Origin: Halocafeteria seosinensis
Lineage: Eukaryota
Direction of reading: 5' to 3'
DNA: 64,000 nt
Assembly: GCA_001687465.1 (NCBI GenBank)
Contig: LVLI01000217.1
Coordinates: 62,001 to 126,000 of the forward strand
Positions 1-11,663 of this stretch are shown here, one piece after another. The translations under genes were made by a program, and so were the position numbers. Each line of letters opens with the position of its first letter. Position 1 is the stretch's first letter. The notes beneath the pieces were generated by a model. That model did not search any database. It had not been told where the DNA came from and was given only the letters and a program-made list of their open reading frames with translations.

Positions 1-392
1 TGGTACGTGAAAATGGGGTTTTCGGGGAGTCCTGCTATCTTGCCCTTTAACTCTCCCTTGTCGTTCTTTTTGTAATTTCCAATGGCCGAAATCTTGCGAC
101 ACACTGACTCCTTGTCCCTTGGCTTAGGGCATGTATCGAAAAAGCAAAGCAATCATAAGGGATTTGAAGGGTTTCATCGGAGGGTCCAGTGAAAGTAGAT
201 CCGATAGGTGTCATGTTCCGTAGCCAAGCGTCTCTTAATGCGTAAATGTGCACTGTTCACTGTTCATACATATACCATCTGCACGCTTTGTCTCATTGCA
301 GTTGTTTCGGATCGAGTCCGTAAGTGCTTCTTAAGAGGGGAAAAACGATGCCATAAGCCTGTTGTCAACTTTAGTACTGTTGCCTTGCGCAG

Positions 393-3300
393 ATCGCCTT
401 CTCCTGATTCTTCAACTGCTTTGGTGACGGCTAGTGTGACACCTAGAGGCTCAGGTTCACCTACAGCCACTATGACGTCTACCGGTACCCCGAGTAAGAC
501 TGAGACAAGCACCACCACCGAGACTGCATCCTTGACTCCGACTTCGACACAAACACCGTCGAATACTCAGATAGCGACCCCGAGCCAAACGTCCACAGTC
601 ACCCCTACAGTTACAAAAACGCCTTCACAGACTCCGACTCCCGCAGCATCTCAGTTTTCCACTGAAATCGGAGGATGTCAATGTGTAGTTGATGAAGAAA
701 ACTTCATCAGAGCATGTACTGATTGTCCGAAGAATGTGGATGCGTCCATACGGAACCGGGACGTTAGACCTGTTGGGATCCGCAAGGGTGCCTTCTCCAA
801 TCTAACTAACATTGATGTGGAGACCATGAACCTCGGCGGACTTGGTTTGAAATTTTTAGAGAGGGAGTCTTTTAAAGGTCTAGACAGTATGCGAACCTTA
901 GACTTATCTTCCAACATGATTGTGCGACTCGAAGAATTTACAAACTTTGAGGATTCGCTTCAAGGCGATGCGGACGCAAATCCAACCTCTGATGACCCCT
1001 CGGAGCGACCCGCTGAAGGCTCTAGAGGTGTTTTCCTTGGGCTTCGAAATCTTCGCGAGCTGAGCTTAAGAAACAACCACATAAACTTTATCCGAAGTAC
1101 CACGTTTGGAGGATTAAAACAATTGACCAAGTTGGATTTGAGCAACAATAACATTGACCTTTTGGGCAGCGCATTTCTTGAATTAAGGACCCTCAAGACA
1201 CTTGACTTAAGCAACAATGGTATCCAGCGCATGTATGCAAACGGCAGTCGAGTCAATGATGGGCCCCTTGGTACCGTTTTTGCAACGCCTGACCTTCGGC
1301 GTCTCGAGGAACTCTACCTTCAGCATAACAGTATACCTTTGGATCGGTCTCTTTCAACATTTCGTGAGTCAGGTGATTTTCCTTTCTCGCAGCTACGTTC
1401 GCTGAAGAGGTTGAATCTGTCGAACAATCAGCGCATAAGCTCCGTTGGCTCAGGAAGCAAAGAACTTTTCTATGGCTTGGCACAACTCGAGACGCTTTGG
1501 TTAAAGAATGTCGGATTTCAAGTCGATCCGAGTGATGCCGTATCGTTGTTTACTGCCACACCTGCTTTAAAGCACCTGCATTTGAGTAACGCCCATCAGA
1601 GCATAGTACCACCGGAGCTCTTTTTTGGACTCACGAGGCTCGAGACCCTCAAGTTTGATGACTCCAGTATAAGCAGTATACAGACGGGATCCTTTGCATC
1701 TTTAGAGCGGATGACCAGTCTTGATCTCTCCCACAACCAACTGAGTGCTATTCCGAAAGGAGTTTTCTCGGAGGCGGTAGCCACGTTAGAAACATTATAT
1801 TTGAACAACAACTACATTGATCAAATTGAAGTTGGTGCCTTCATGTATCTGAACAACCTTGCCCATCTGGTTCTGAGCAATCAGAAAGGAGAATCGTTTC
1901 TCATCGAGAAGAACACTTTCGATGGACTAGGGAACCTTCAAGAATTGCATCTCAATAAAGCAAATGTGACGAATGTCAGAAGAGGTGGCTTCAACGGCTT
2001 GGGCTCATGCCAGTTCCTCGACCTATCCTATAATCGATTGACGGATGACCTAAATACGACGTTTGAAGGTATGGGGGCGCTGCAGACACTCAACTTAAAT
2101 CACAATTGGTTCGTCCAACCACTCGCCTTGTTCAATGGACTAAACACTGGAAGTCTCCAACAGTTGAGCATGGTATCTGCATTCGACAACGATCAAGAAC
2201 CCATTCTTACAAGTACTCTTCTCTCCGGGTTGACGACTCTTCGGCACTTATATCTGAACCAAAATACTTTTGAAATGTTCGAACAGAATCCTTTTGCAGA
2301 CTTGACTTCTTTGAGAACATTGAATCTTCGAGGAGTCACTGTGAAGGGGGATGCAACCCTTCCCAGTGGAGTATTCACTGGACTCCAATCTCTTCAGAAG
2401 CTTGACCTCGGAAAATCCAGCTTTTCAGTAATTGATGGCACTCCCTTTAAAGGTGCACATGGAAGTCCCAAACAGCTGATGCGTGTTGATTGGGAAGGCG
2501 GTCATCTGTCATCATTGTCTACTGGCTCTTTCTCAGGTCTAGATGGATTGCGAAATTTGAATCTGGATGGGAACAAGCTCGGGCCAGCAATTCTCAGCGG
2601 TGGTTCAGTGCTATCTGGTCTCCCGAGCTTGGAGAAACTTCAAATGAATAAGCAAGAAGGGGGCAAGTCACCGCTGATGAAAAGCAGCTTTAAAGGACTT
2701 AAAAACCTGTTAGAAGTGGAGCTCTCCAGCTCTAATGTGATGTCGATTGAGGAGGACGCCTTCAGTCAGTCCGGTGCAATCGAGAGCGTAGATTTGTCCG
2801 AGAATAAGCTGTCTCGCATCCGAAAGAATGCGTTCCGTGGAGTCAGTTCGCTGATGTTCCTTGACCTCTCAAGCAATGAAATTGATATGATTGATGACAT
2901 AGCGTTTCCCGAAAGGATAGACTTAAGAGAAGTGCAATTGAATTCTAATGCAATTGGGGAATTCCATCTATCTTGGTTGAGAAACGCTCCCTCACTCGAA
3001 CTTCTGAATCTGTCCCACAATAGCATGGAAGGATTTGTAAACGACGCCACTGATAGCCGTTTCGACCGTTTCCATACGTTGACCCTTAATCATAACCAGC
3101 TTGGAGTGATGCAGGCAACCTCCTTTACTGGCTTCCCCAATATGGAAGAACTGGAGCTCAATCAGGGTGGTGTTACGGAGTTCGAAGCTGGAATTTTCTC
3201 AGGCCTGGATGCGCTGAAATCCGTGTCTGCTGAAGGAAAGGCCGCTTCTAAAGATGACAGCTTAAATTTCCTTTACGCTGAAGATTGGAACACTATGCTA

Positions 3301-4023
3301 TCCACCCTTCCTGAGCTGGAATTGGAGGGCAACTGGGGATACTCGCGTCAAGATTGTGAACACCCTCTTTTTATTCGCCCAGCTCCAATACCCCAAGAGA
3401 GGGGAGACCAAACCTTTTGTATTAGAGGCCTTCCTACTCCAACACCTTCGGTGACGCCGTCGCATACTCCGACTCCATCACAAACTCCCTCTTCTACTAG
3501 CACTCCTAGCCAAACCGGGACGGAAACTCCTACACCATCAAGCACGAGCACACCCTCGACTACGGAAACAGAAACAGCGACAACTACACCTACGCGTACG
3601 GGCACTCTTACTCGAACACCTACTGCGACTCCATCTCGAACACCTTCGTCTACTACCACGCCGACGCAGTCATCAACGGTGACTCCAACACGTACACCGA
3701 CGAACACTGTGAGTAACACCCCATCGAAGACGGCTACGTCGACAAGTACCCCAACGAGAACCTCCAGTGTATCACCGTCAGTTACGTCAACCGCGGCAGG
3801 GCCGGACACAGCTGCATCGTCCACATCTGGAGACGGTAGTATCTCAGGCGGTGAGGTGGCAACCGTCGTGGTTGCCGTTATCGTCGTGGTTGGGGTAGCA
3901 TCCGCTGTGGTTTTGTTCGTCAGAAAAATGCGCAGAGGAAGCCACGGTGGAGCCACGGCGCCACGACAACCAGAGTTTGACGACTTTGGCGGCTCTGCTT
4001 ACCAGCCTGACAGGAATGCGTAA
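393..4023 (+). CDS. Membrane-anchored LRR surface protein (Thr/Ser/Pro stalk, Cys cap, ~30 LRRs, second T/S/P stalk, TM helix, 33-aa tail). This is the large terminal exon; the 5' exons are unresolved or off-window
   Basis: Open frame with repeated LxxLxLxxNxL/I...F.GL units and cap [19 protein letters not shown] is [22 protein letters not shown] followed by RKMRR; stop TAA at 4023. A probable upstream intron 320-392 (GTAAGT...TTGCGCAG) means the ORF-track start at 208 is likely not real. Confidence 0.9.
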
Positions 4024-4163
4024 TAGAATGACCTTAGCGTCAAATAAGAAATTGTACACGTGCGATTTTCTATTTCGTATTTTCATAACTCTTCAAGTGT
4101 GTATTGTCACATATCGCAAGGTCTAGCGTGGTTGCACTAGCTTTTCATATGCCCATTCCAAAG

Positions 4164-7100
4164 TCAAACCACGGGGTTGCCTTCAAGTATCCTGCGTTTT
4201 ACAATACAGTACAATAATGTCTCTTATACTCAACACATATGAGCCTCACGCGTACAGTTTGCTGTGACGTTCTTCAGATAGTCCCTCCGGGAGAGACTCA
4301 ATATTGTTGTTGCTCAAATCCCTGAAGTGCAGTCCCGTAGGACACCGATGAGAGTTACCTACTTCACGCAAACATGCGTTGATCTTACATCATTTGGAAA
4401 TTGGCATCATTCACCCAGTTGACGTGCTTAATGTTATTCGCAGCAAGATTTCTGTGTCACAGAATTTAAATGGATGCGGCGAAGGCAACTCAGAGATTCA
4501 AGTGAAAGACTCACATTGATGTGGTGTCAACTCCGCTGAATGTGGCTTCGGAGAGAGTCTTGATGTTATTGTTTTCCAATGAGCTGCGCAACAAAAAGAA
4601 ATTTTATTGAAGTGTTTACGGAAGGATTTGGTACGAAGTACTTACAGGTGGGTCAGATTCGACATTCCTTCAAATGATCCGGGGAATACCCTTGCAACAC
4701 GGTTGTGAGAAACGTCCCTGCAGAACAATCGTCATGAGCGTTGATAATACTCAAACGATAATACAGTAAGTCGAGAGAACCTACAGGTGCGTCAAGATAT
4801 CGCTGACACTGTCGAACATTGCTGGACGGATCTCAGAGATCCGGTTTTCACCCAAATTCCTGAAAAAAAATTAGGGGTCGTATGCAACAGGCCCACAAAC
4901 AACTTGGACCCTGATGCGGTGCTTACAGTCTTTCCAGGGAAGATAAACCAAAAAAAGCATCAGCGTCCACACTAAGAATGGTGTTTTGGTGCATGCTCCT
5001 GCAAATAGTACAATTGAAATATGCAATTAAAAATTTGCAGGTGCCACCGCCAAGGAACGACACCTTACAAATTTCGAAGACCGCTTAGTCCATCAAAGCT
5101 AAATGCTTCCACCACTAGAACTCTGTTCTCGCTTAAGTCTCTGTATAAACAAGAGGGAGTAAACTCATTCGGCAAAAACAGAGCTGCGTTCGGACTTACA
5201 GATTTGTTAAACTTGGAGTGTTAAAAGAGCGTGCCTTGATTGTTTCGATGCTGTTACGGGATACATCCCTGCGAAACAGCAAGGATTATGTTTGTAGCAC
5301 AAGGGGAGAATGAATTGTCTCCGGGGCAACATACAGAACTTCGAGCGACGACAATACAGAGAAGTGATTTCCCTGAAGTGCCCCAATCAGGTTGTCGGAT
5401 AAGTTTCTGTGGAAGCATTTTTCTACTCTTAGCAACAGGGGCAGAGATAGCTTTAACGAACACTACCAGACGTACAAGGTTTTCACGGTCTCAATTCCAG
5501 AAAAAGTCTGTTCATCTATGGATCGAATGGAGTTGCGGGACAATAGTCTGCCAAACAGCTACACCAGTTAAGACAACTTCACCGCTAATACACCAATAAG
5601 GGGCTACTTACATTTCACCAACGTCCCTCAGACCCTTAAAAGCCTTTGTTTCTAGATGAATCAGGTTGTTGTCTTCCAGATTTCTGCACGCAATCAGAGA
5701 ATGCTTTGTATTTCCGGTATCGGCATCCTAAGAATCACATCCGTACAAAGTGTCAACTTCTTCCGGACCGTTTTCAAAGGCAGTTGACTCAATTTCTTTG
5801 ATTTTACTTTCTTGCATGAACCTGCGGTGGGAGGAAGTATTTAGGTCAGCAAGATATACATTGGACGTTGACCTACAGGTTCACACTTGGCCAGATCTTC
5901 TCAAATGTATGGGCTTCAAGAGTGTCAATTCGGTTCCCGCTTATGTCCCTGAGTTCGCTTAATGGAGATAGAAGTTGATAACCTTTTTACCCCTCACATC
6001 CTTCTTGACTCCTTACACTTCGCAATCCTCGTTGAAGCTATAACACATCGTTTGGAATGAGCCAGCTTCGATAGAACGGATCCAATTCCTTTTCAGGGAG
6101 CTGCTAGGGACATGAAGAGTAGAACGCAGATATACCACAAAGCTTTTAACATTTGCAACGCTTACACCCGGTTTAGAAACGGTGAGCTGAACATCCCTTT
6201 TTTGATCTCGCTTATCTTGTTATTGTCAAGGATTCTGCAACCATAGCATTTGGGCTCGAGAGCTCTTCACCCTCACAGGTATATCCGCTGGCAAGATTGG
6301 TATGCCCTCACGCACACTTCGGAGAAGTACAAGTTTCCAAAGGGATTCTTCGTGCTCACATCGGTTACATCATTATTTTGAAGATTCCTGCAAGACAACG
6401 CGTAAGGGCACCGTCTTTTGGAGTAAACCAAAGGACTACTCACAGTGTGCGCAGACCCCGAATGTGAAAACTATCCGCTGTTATGTGTGCTAAGCAGTTA
6501 TGACTCAAATCTCTGGAACATAAGTAAGTACCAAAACCTTAACTCAATACCATTCACCCAAATGCTAGTGTTTGAGCAGCTTACAGTATTCCTCGGTACT
6601 CATCAAAGTTACTGAGCTCAAAAGCGCTAGGCCTCACGCTATTCACTCGATTATGAGATACATCACTGCAAGCGAAACTTTCATAATGGAATCAGCATTC
6701 ATATGCAGCTGCGACCCGCGACCCTAGTACCACACACATTCGCACAATCCGCGGGAGCCGATTGAATACAGGTTGCCCGTGAGTAAACGACGTCAACCGG
6801 TTACCAGAAAGTACACTGCACCAAACCTCTCCTACAATCGAGTGCTGTATGGACGTCAAATTCAAAAGGATACTTACATTTCTTCTAGGTGGTCTAATTC
6901 AGAGAAGGAATAACTCTGAATCGAATTTATTTCGTTGTTACTAAGGTTGCTGCACAGAGTGTAGTTAGTCGGAATCTATCAGAGCTGTCACCACGAGTAC
7001 TTCGATGTACTCACACGTCAATGAGCATGGTTGTGCCTGTGAAGTCCCTATTACTGATGCCCGTGATTTCATTGTGGTTCAGATACCTGCAAGCCGTCTT

Positions 7101-8924
7101 GATATAGATTTATCAAGGGATGATAGTTCAACAGATAATTCGAATAGTACTCCACATACAACGACTTCGTTTTGGAGAGCCCACGAAGAATACCATAGGA
7201 AGAGGACATCAACGAACTAAGCTTATTGTAACTCAAGTCTCTGCATATAACAGAGGAGCATGCGGCTTAATTAGGGCGCAAATGTAAGCAACATACTCTC
7301 CACTCACATTGCAGACGCTTGCACGTTAGAAAGAGGTGTGACCAGTCCGTCAGCAGTCAGGCGATTGTGGCTCAAATCGCTGCAGACAGACGCAACCATC
7401 CTCAATCAGGTGTATACCTAGCACTACCGACTCAACATATCGTCACCGTACATATAGTCCAAGTAGGAAGAAGCCGACAAAAAATCACCAGGAAGTGAAG
7501 TCAGATGGTTCCCAGATAAATCACTGACATTTCCAAAGCAACAAATACCTAGCATGATGGCCTCAACGCAGTATCCACGTGCGCCGGCAAGGCTTACAGC
7601 TCTTTCAAATTCGCCTGGCTATAGAAAAGCCTGAAGTCGATTGAGTCGAGCTGGTTATTGGCAAGAAAACTGCAAGAAAATTTGCTATTGTTGCGTGATC
7701 GATACCGGTCTGCAATACATCGCTTGGCTCTACATACATCTTCTCAAAAGTATCCTCTGGTTTCGAAAATGCAGATGGAGCAATTCGCGAAATATCGTTA
7801 TCATTCAAATTCCTGCCAAAAACATTTGTGCTCGATTTGTGTGATCGGCGCAACATACCTGTACAACTTACACTTCTGCTAACTTCTCGGTACGTCGAAA
7901 AATCCCAGAATCTATCACTCGTAGACGATTTTCTTGAAGCGAGCTGACCTCAAATTCATACCAAGCAGAGTCAATACAATGTAGGGAAGTCAACCACGGA
8001 AACTTCAGACACGTCGAGCAAAACATACAGCTTCTTCAAATTCGCCAGACCTTGCACTACCGTGTTATCCTGGATCTCATCGATAATGTTGTTCGACAAG
8101 TCCCTGTCCATCAACATGTATCCGACGTCAATTACAAGAAAACCCAAATACACCAAGCTAGAGATTTGGATGACATACAGTTCTTCAATCTGTCCAAGCC
8201 CCTTGAAGGCATTGCTTTCAAGAGTTTCCAGGGATAAATCCTTCAACACCCTGCATTCGGAAGTATTTCCCACAGTTTCAGGCGAATCCTCAATCTGATA
8301 AGTAGACATGAGAGACGTACATTTTCGTCGGGCCGCTAAGAGAGCTGTCAGAGAACGCATTGCTTCGAATGCCTCGAGCAGCGAGGGCACCGGGTGACTG
8401 TGGGTTGACTTGGCTGCATAACCGAACGCTTTCCAATATTTGGCTTTCCGTTATAAGTTTCCACACGAAGTACGGTACGTACATTGCATTCCCTTCACAA
8501 CCGCTAAGTTCGCAGTTGCTAAAGAAGTACTCATCGTCTAGTTCGCAGTAGCAATTCTGGTTGCGATTCGCCTCCAGTTGATTCTGAAAAGATACTATGA
8601 GGTTGTGGTCGTCTGCTCGTCTGCATCGTCAGAATAGCAGCGAAATACATGCAAAAAAATAATCTACGGAGCTATTACGGCAGCTAAAAGGATCACCCTT
8701 CAACAGCGGCTGGTGTCACATCAGTGGCTACCCATCGCCTGAACAAGGGGCGCGGGAACCCTTTTTGTCGACCCTTCATAACAACCCCCCCAAAATTCTA
8801 GAATCCTTCTGATGACCAAGAAATAAACATGAAAATGTATGTTACAGTGTACATACCCTAAAGAAAAACAGGTGGCAAGACAGGCAAGCCACAAGAGGTG
8901 GCCGACCGTTGTACGCGAGCGCAT
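4164..8924 (-). CDS. Secreted LRR protein, 33 exons, ~811 aa, one LRR per exon
   Basis: Manual splicing gives exons 8924-8857, 8620-8483, 8413-8321, 8250-8179, 8103-8029, 7943-7872, 7812-7738, 7669-7598, 7523-7452, 7379-7308, 7240-7160, 7086-7015, 6949-6878, 6815-6738, 6665-6585, 6512-6444, 6387-6316, 6234-6166, 6100-6017, 5948-5877, 5821-5747, 5683-5612, 5547-5476, 5406-5335, 5268-5200, 5140-5069, 4998-4927, 4859-4785, 4717-4646, 4583-4515, 4451-4389, 4321-4256, 4191-4164. All introns are GT..AG; the sum is 2436 nt with no internal stop. Signal peptide MRSRTTVGHLLWLACLATCFSLGRA; ends LILEGNPVV*. Confidence 0.9.
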
Positions 8925-9869
8925 GGTTGGTTGGGTAAGATCAAGATAGCAAACGGGGTGGAATTGACCGCCCTGTACAGAATGAGCAAAAAACCACTCA
9001 AGTGGGTCAACTATTTGATGTTGCTTGGGCTAAGCCTTTATCTGGTATCAAACTAGTGTAGAATTCATATACTAGAGGCTGTACACCGGGACATCGGGCC
9101 GTGTCCCGGCTCGGCAGCGAGCATCTCGGGAGTGTGTGCGACAGTTTCTGTACAATTTCTCCCGTCCCCTTTCGTCCCCTTTCGTCGGTGTACGGAAACT
9201 TTACCGTCGGAAAGCTTTTTTGGGTTTGCACAACTCTATGCGTGGGGACCACGAGAATAAGTTTACTTATCCGAAACGACATGCACTTATCTCAACACTC
9301 CACAAGCGTGTGTCGCCGTAGAACACTACTACTACCAGTACAGGAACACTGGACCGTTTGACGCGCTTGAGCAGTCGCATGCAACCTCTTTCTTTCCTCT
9401 AATGCCCTGTTTGTTTCCTCCTATGCGTTTCTAGGCAACGAGGTCGAGGTCTGTGCGCGCTGTCCAGTTCTTCCTCTCCTCAGATGTTTACGTGTTCTTG
9501 AGAATGCTGGCCCAGGCTCCGGCCGATCAAGATTCTCCCGCACCTTCAAGAATCTTGAGCCGGCGCGCCGGGTAAGGTGGTAAGTGAGTCTAACTTGAAG
9601 TACATGGTACCCCCTGCGCAACAAAGTCTGGTACCTGGTACAAAACGTCTGGAGCTGGTAATGTTTGGTTTGGGCGCTGTATCTCAGCACTCCATAGGTG
9701 TATAGAGGATTTTTTCTTTTTTTCATATTGTATTGTAGATTCAATTTGCTACAATGCTGTACATGTACAATCCTAAATTTGTAGAGAATGAAGGATATGT
9801 AGATTAGGCCTTGCAAAAAGCCATTGCAACTCTAAATAGCGAGCGAGTACCCTCATCATTTGGCCAGCG

Positions 9870-10142
9870 CTTTACCCTAGAAGATTCATGGAAGTCCAAG
9901 GAAACGTATGTGTAGTTTAAGGGTTCGAATACACTCTTCAAATAGAGCATTAGGAGACGGTAAGGGTCGGGTCTTCGGGATGCTACAGTATGCACGGATA
10001 TTTCAAACTTTGGGCCTTTCTGCAGGTGTATTTCGCAATACTTGGTATTCAACAAGATGCATGGATGTCTAAGGAAAGCTACGATTGCTTCAGGTCCAAA
10101 CACGCTCCCCAGATAGGTCAATAAGAGCCGGTGAGGGTCGGG
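9870..10142 (-). repeat. Diverged ~171-bp tandem duplication of formerly coding sequence
   Basis: 9921-9971 and 10092-10142 translate on minus as PDPYRLLMLYLKSVFEP and PDPHRLLLTYLGSVFGP. Similarity continues as TTTCCTTGGACTTCCATGAATCTT vs TTTCCTTAGACATCCATGCATCTT. Confidence 0.7.
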
Positions 10143-10162
10143 CACACACACACACACACACA
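10143..10162. repeat. (CA)n microsatellite
   Basis: cacacacacacacacacaca directly abutting the duplication. Confidence 0.9.
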
Positions 10163-10859
10163 AATGTGACAGATAGCCCACCGGCCGGGAAGTTGACCGC
10201 ATCCTCTTAACGAGGAGCGGTATGCGCCCGTGTTAAGCAGCGACGGGCCCGCTGTTCGGGTCTTCTCCATGTGGACTGCACTTAATACCCTTGACAACGT
10301 CCCTTGTACAGGTACATTCTGAAATTATTAGTGCGCTTGGTTGGGGATCACTAGATTTATGGACGTCGAAGTCCAATTCTTTAGGATGGGAATCCACTGG
10401 CAGTTATGACACACGAGGGCGGTAAGTTTCGGGTCTTTGGGACCTTCAACTTCCCTGGCAACTTTCGCAAAAGCTGATGATGGCCAAACTGCCAGTCACG
10501 TTGATGCACCACAACGTGTATCTGATAAACGTGAAGATGCTGGACCGGTTCCGGGTACGATTCACCCCCTCATGCAGCATAGCGTAGCCTGTAGCAGACA
10601 CGTCTTCCTGCGGAAGAGTTTGTGGGCCAAATTGTGGCCAACTCTTCGACTACTTGAAGATGTTGCGACACTATTATGGTGTTCAACAACTCTTCTGTAT
10701 TTTGACAACGTATACGTCATGGCGTGTTTTCTGGTATTCCCTGAGTCAGATGACCTGACTAGTAGCCAAAATGTATGGTAGACAACGGGGAGACTATTAT
10801 GGAACATGCCAAGACTCAGCGTACATTTCGACCTACCTCGGGCTTTGCTTGATTCCAGC

Positions 10860-11663
10860 ATGCCACTTCGCGCCACATTGCATCATCAGTTAGAGTCCTG
10901 CTCTCGCCTCGAGACGGAAAGACATTTTCATACTTGAAGCTTTCGCGTACATGCTAACGATACTTTTCCTGTGTGTATTGGTGTTGCTCCTGTGGGTCAT
11001 TGCTTCATCTTCAACCATGTGTGGAGATGGGCCAATGGCAGTTAAACCAGTTTGACTTCAATCAATCCGATCGGCACCTTTATCACGTCTTCCCCAAATA
11101 TACAACGAAAATGTCAGGTCTTTTGTTTACAGACTGTACCTCTTCCACCACTTATTCCCCAAAGGCTCTATTAAATCGGTTATGACTTTAAGAACGTAAG
11201 TTACAATGCCCGCCTCGCTGTACAACGGTAAGATGTTACCACCGGATTTAGGTGTTTCTCGAGAATAAGTATCCCCTATACTATATGAGTTAGTTTTGGC
11301 ATTAAAATGCAAGCCCGCAACAAGGTTGAAAACAGAATGAGCAGCTCCTGCTGCCTCATGACTGGAAAACACTCCTCCGCGACTGATGCTAGCGCTAAAA
11401 ACTTTGCACTTTGCTTAAGGGGGCTCTCGTATTTCGGTTGTGCTTGCACATATTCTTCTACAGCAGAGGTCGATGTGAATCATGCAGTAGGTGGGCGTCG
11501 GAGAGACCCCTAGTTCTCGGACCGTTGGAGGGCAAGTCTTGTAGAACTGCCTGACACGCTTCCTGCTCGACAATGACGAAAGTACAGAATCAATCCCATG
11601 CCAAGGGGATACCACCCTATTTTTATCGTTTACTATTACAATCTTATCTCCAGGAAGGTCCAC
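10860..11663 (-). pseudogene. Degenerate Crinkler (CR)-like PD-(D/E)xK restriction-endonuclease-fold gene
   Basis: Consecutive minus-strand fragments in three frames read SEAGIVTYVLKVITDLIEPLG / VVEEVQSVNKRPDIFVVYLG / DVIKVPIGLIEVKL (11219-11047), separated by frameshifts and stops. Outer limits are approximate. Confidence 0.55.

Noticed and set aside
1130..1160. Close DNA match between a + gene repeat (GGATTTGAGCAACAATAACATTGA) and cassette exon 4321-4256, suggesting VLR-like copying
   Set aside because: The match is confined to the LDLSNNNI consensus core and the flanks are unrelated, so it is expected from LRR constraint.
3348..3956. 202-aa Val/Gly-rich minus-strand ORF, and the many other antisense ORFs over large genes
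   Set aside because: These are antisense shadows of real coding sequence such as the Thr/Pro stalk and coiled coils.
4164..8413. ~140-bp periodicity resembling a CRISPR or satellite array
   Set aside because: There is no conserved nucleotide repeat; the period equals exon plus intron length.
4787..8551. Short ORF-track entries across the cassette LRR gene
   Set aside because: They are antisense or exon-plus-intron read-through fragments, fully explained by the 33-exon model.
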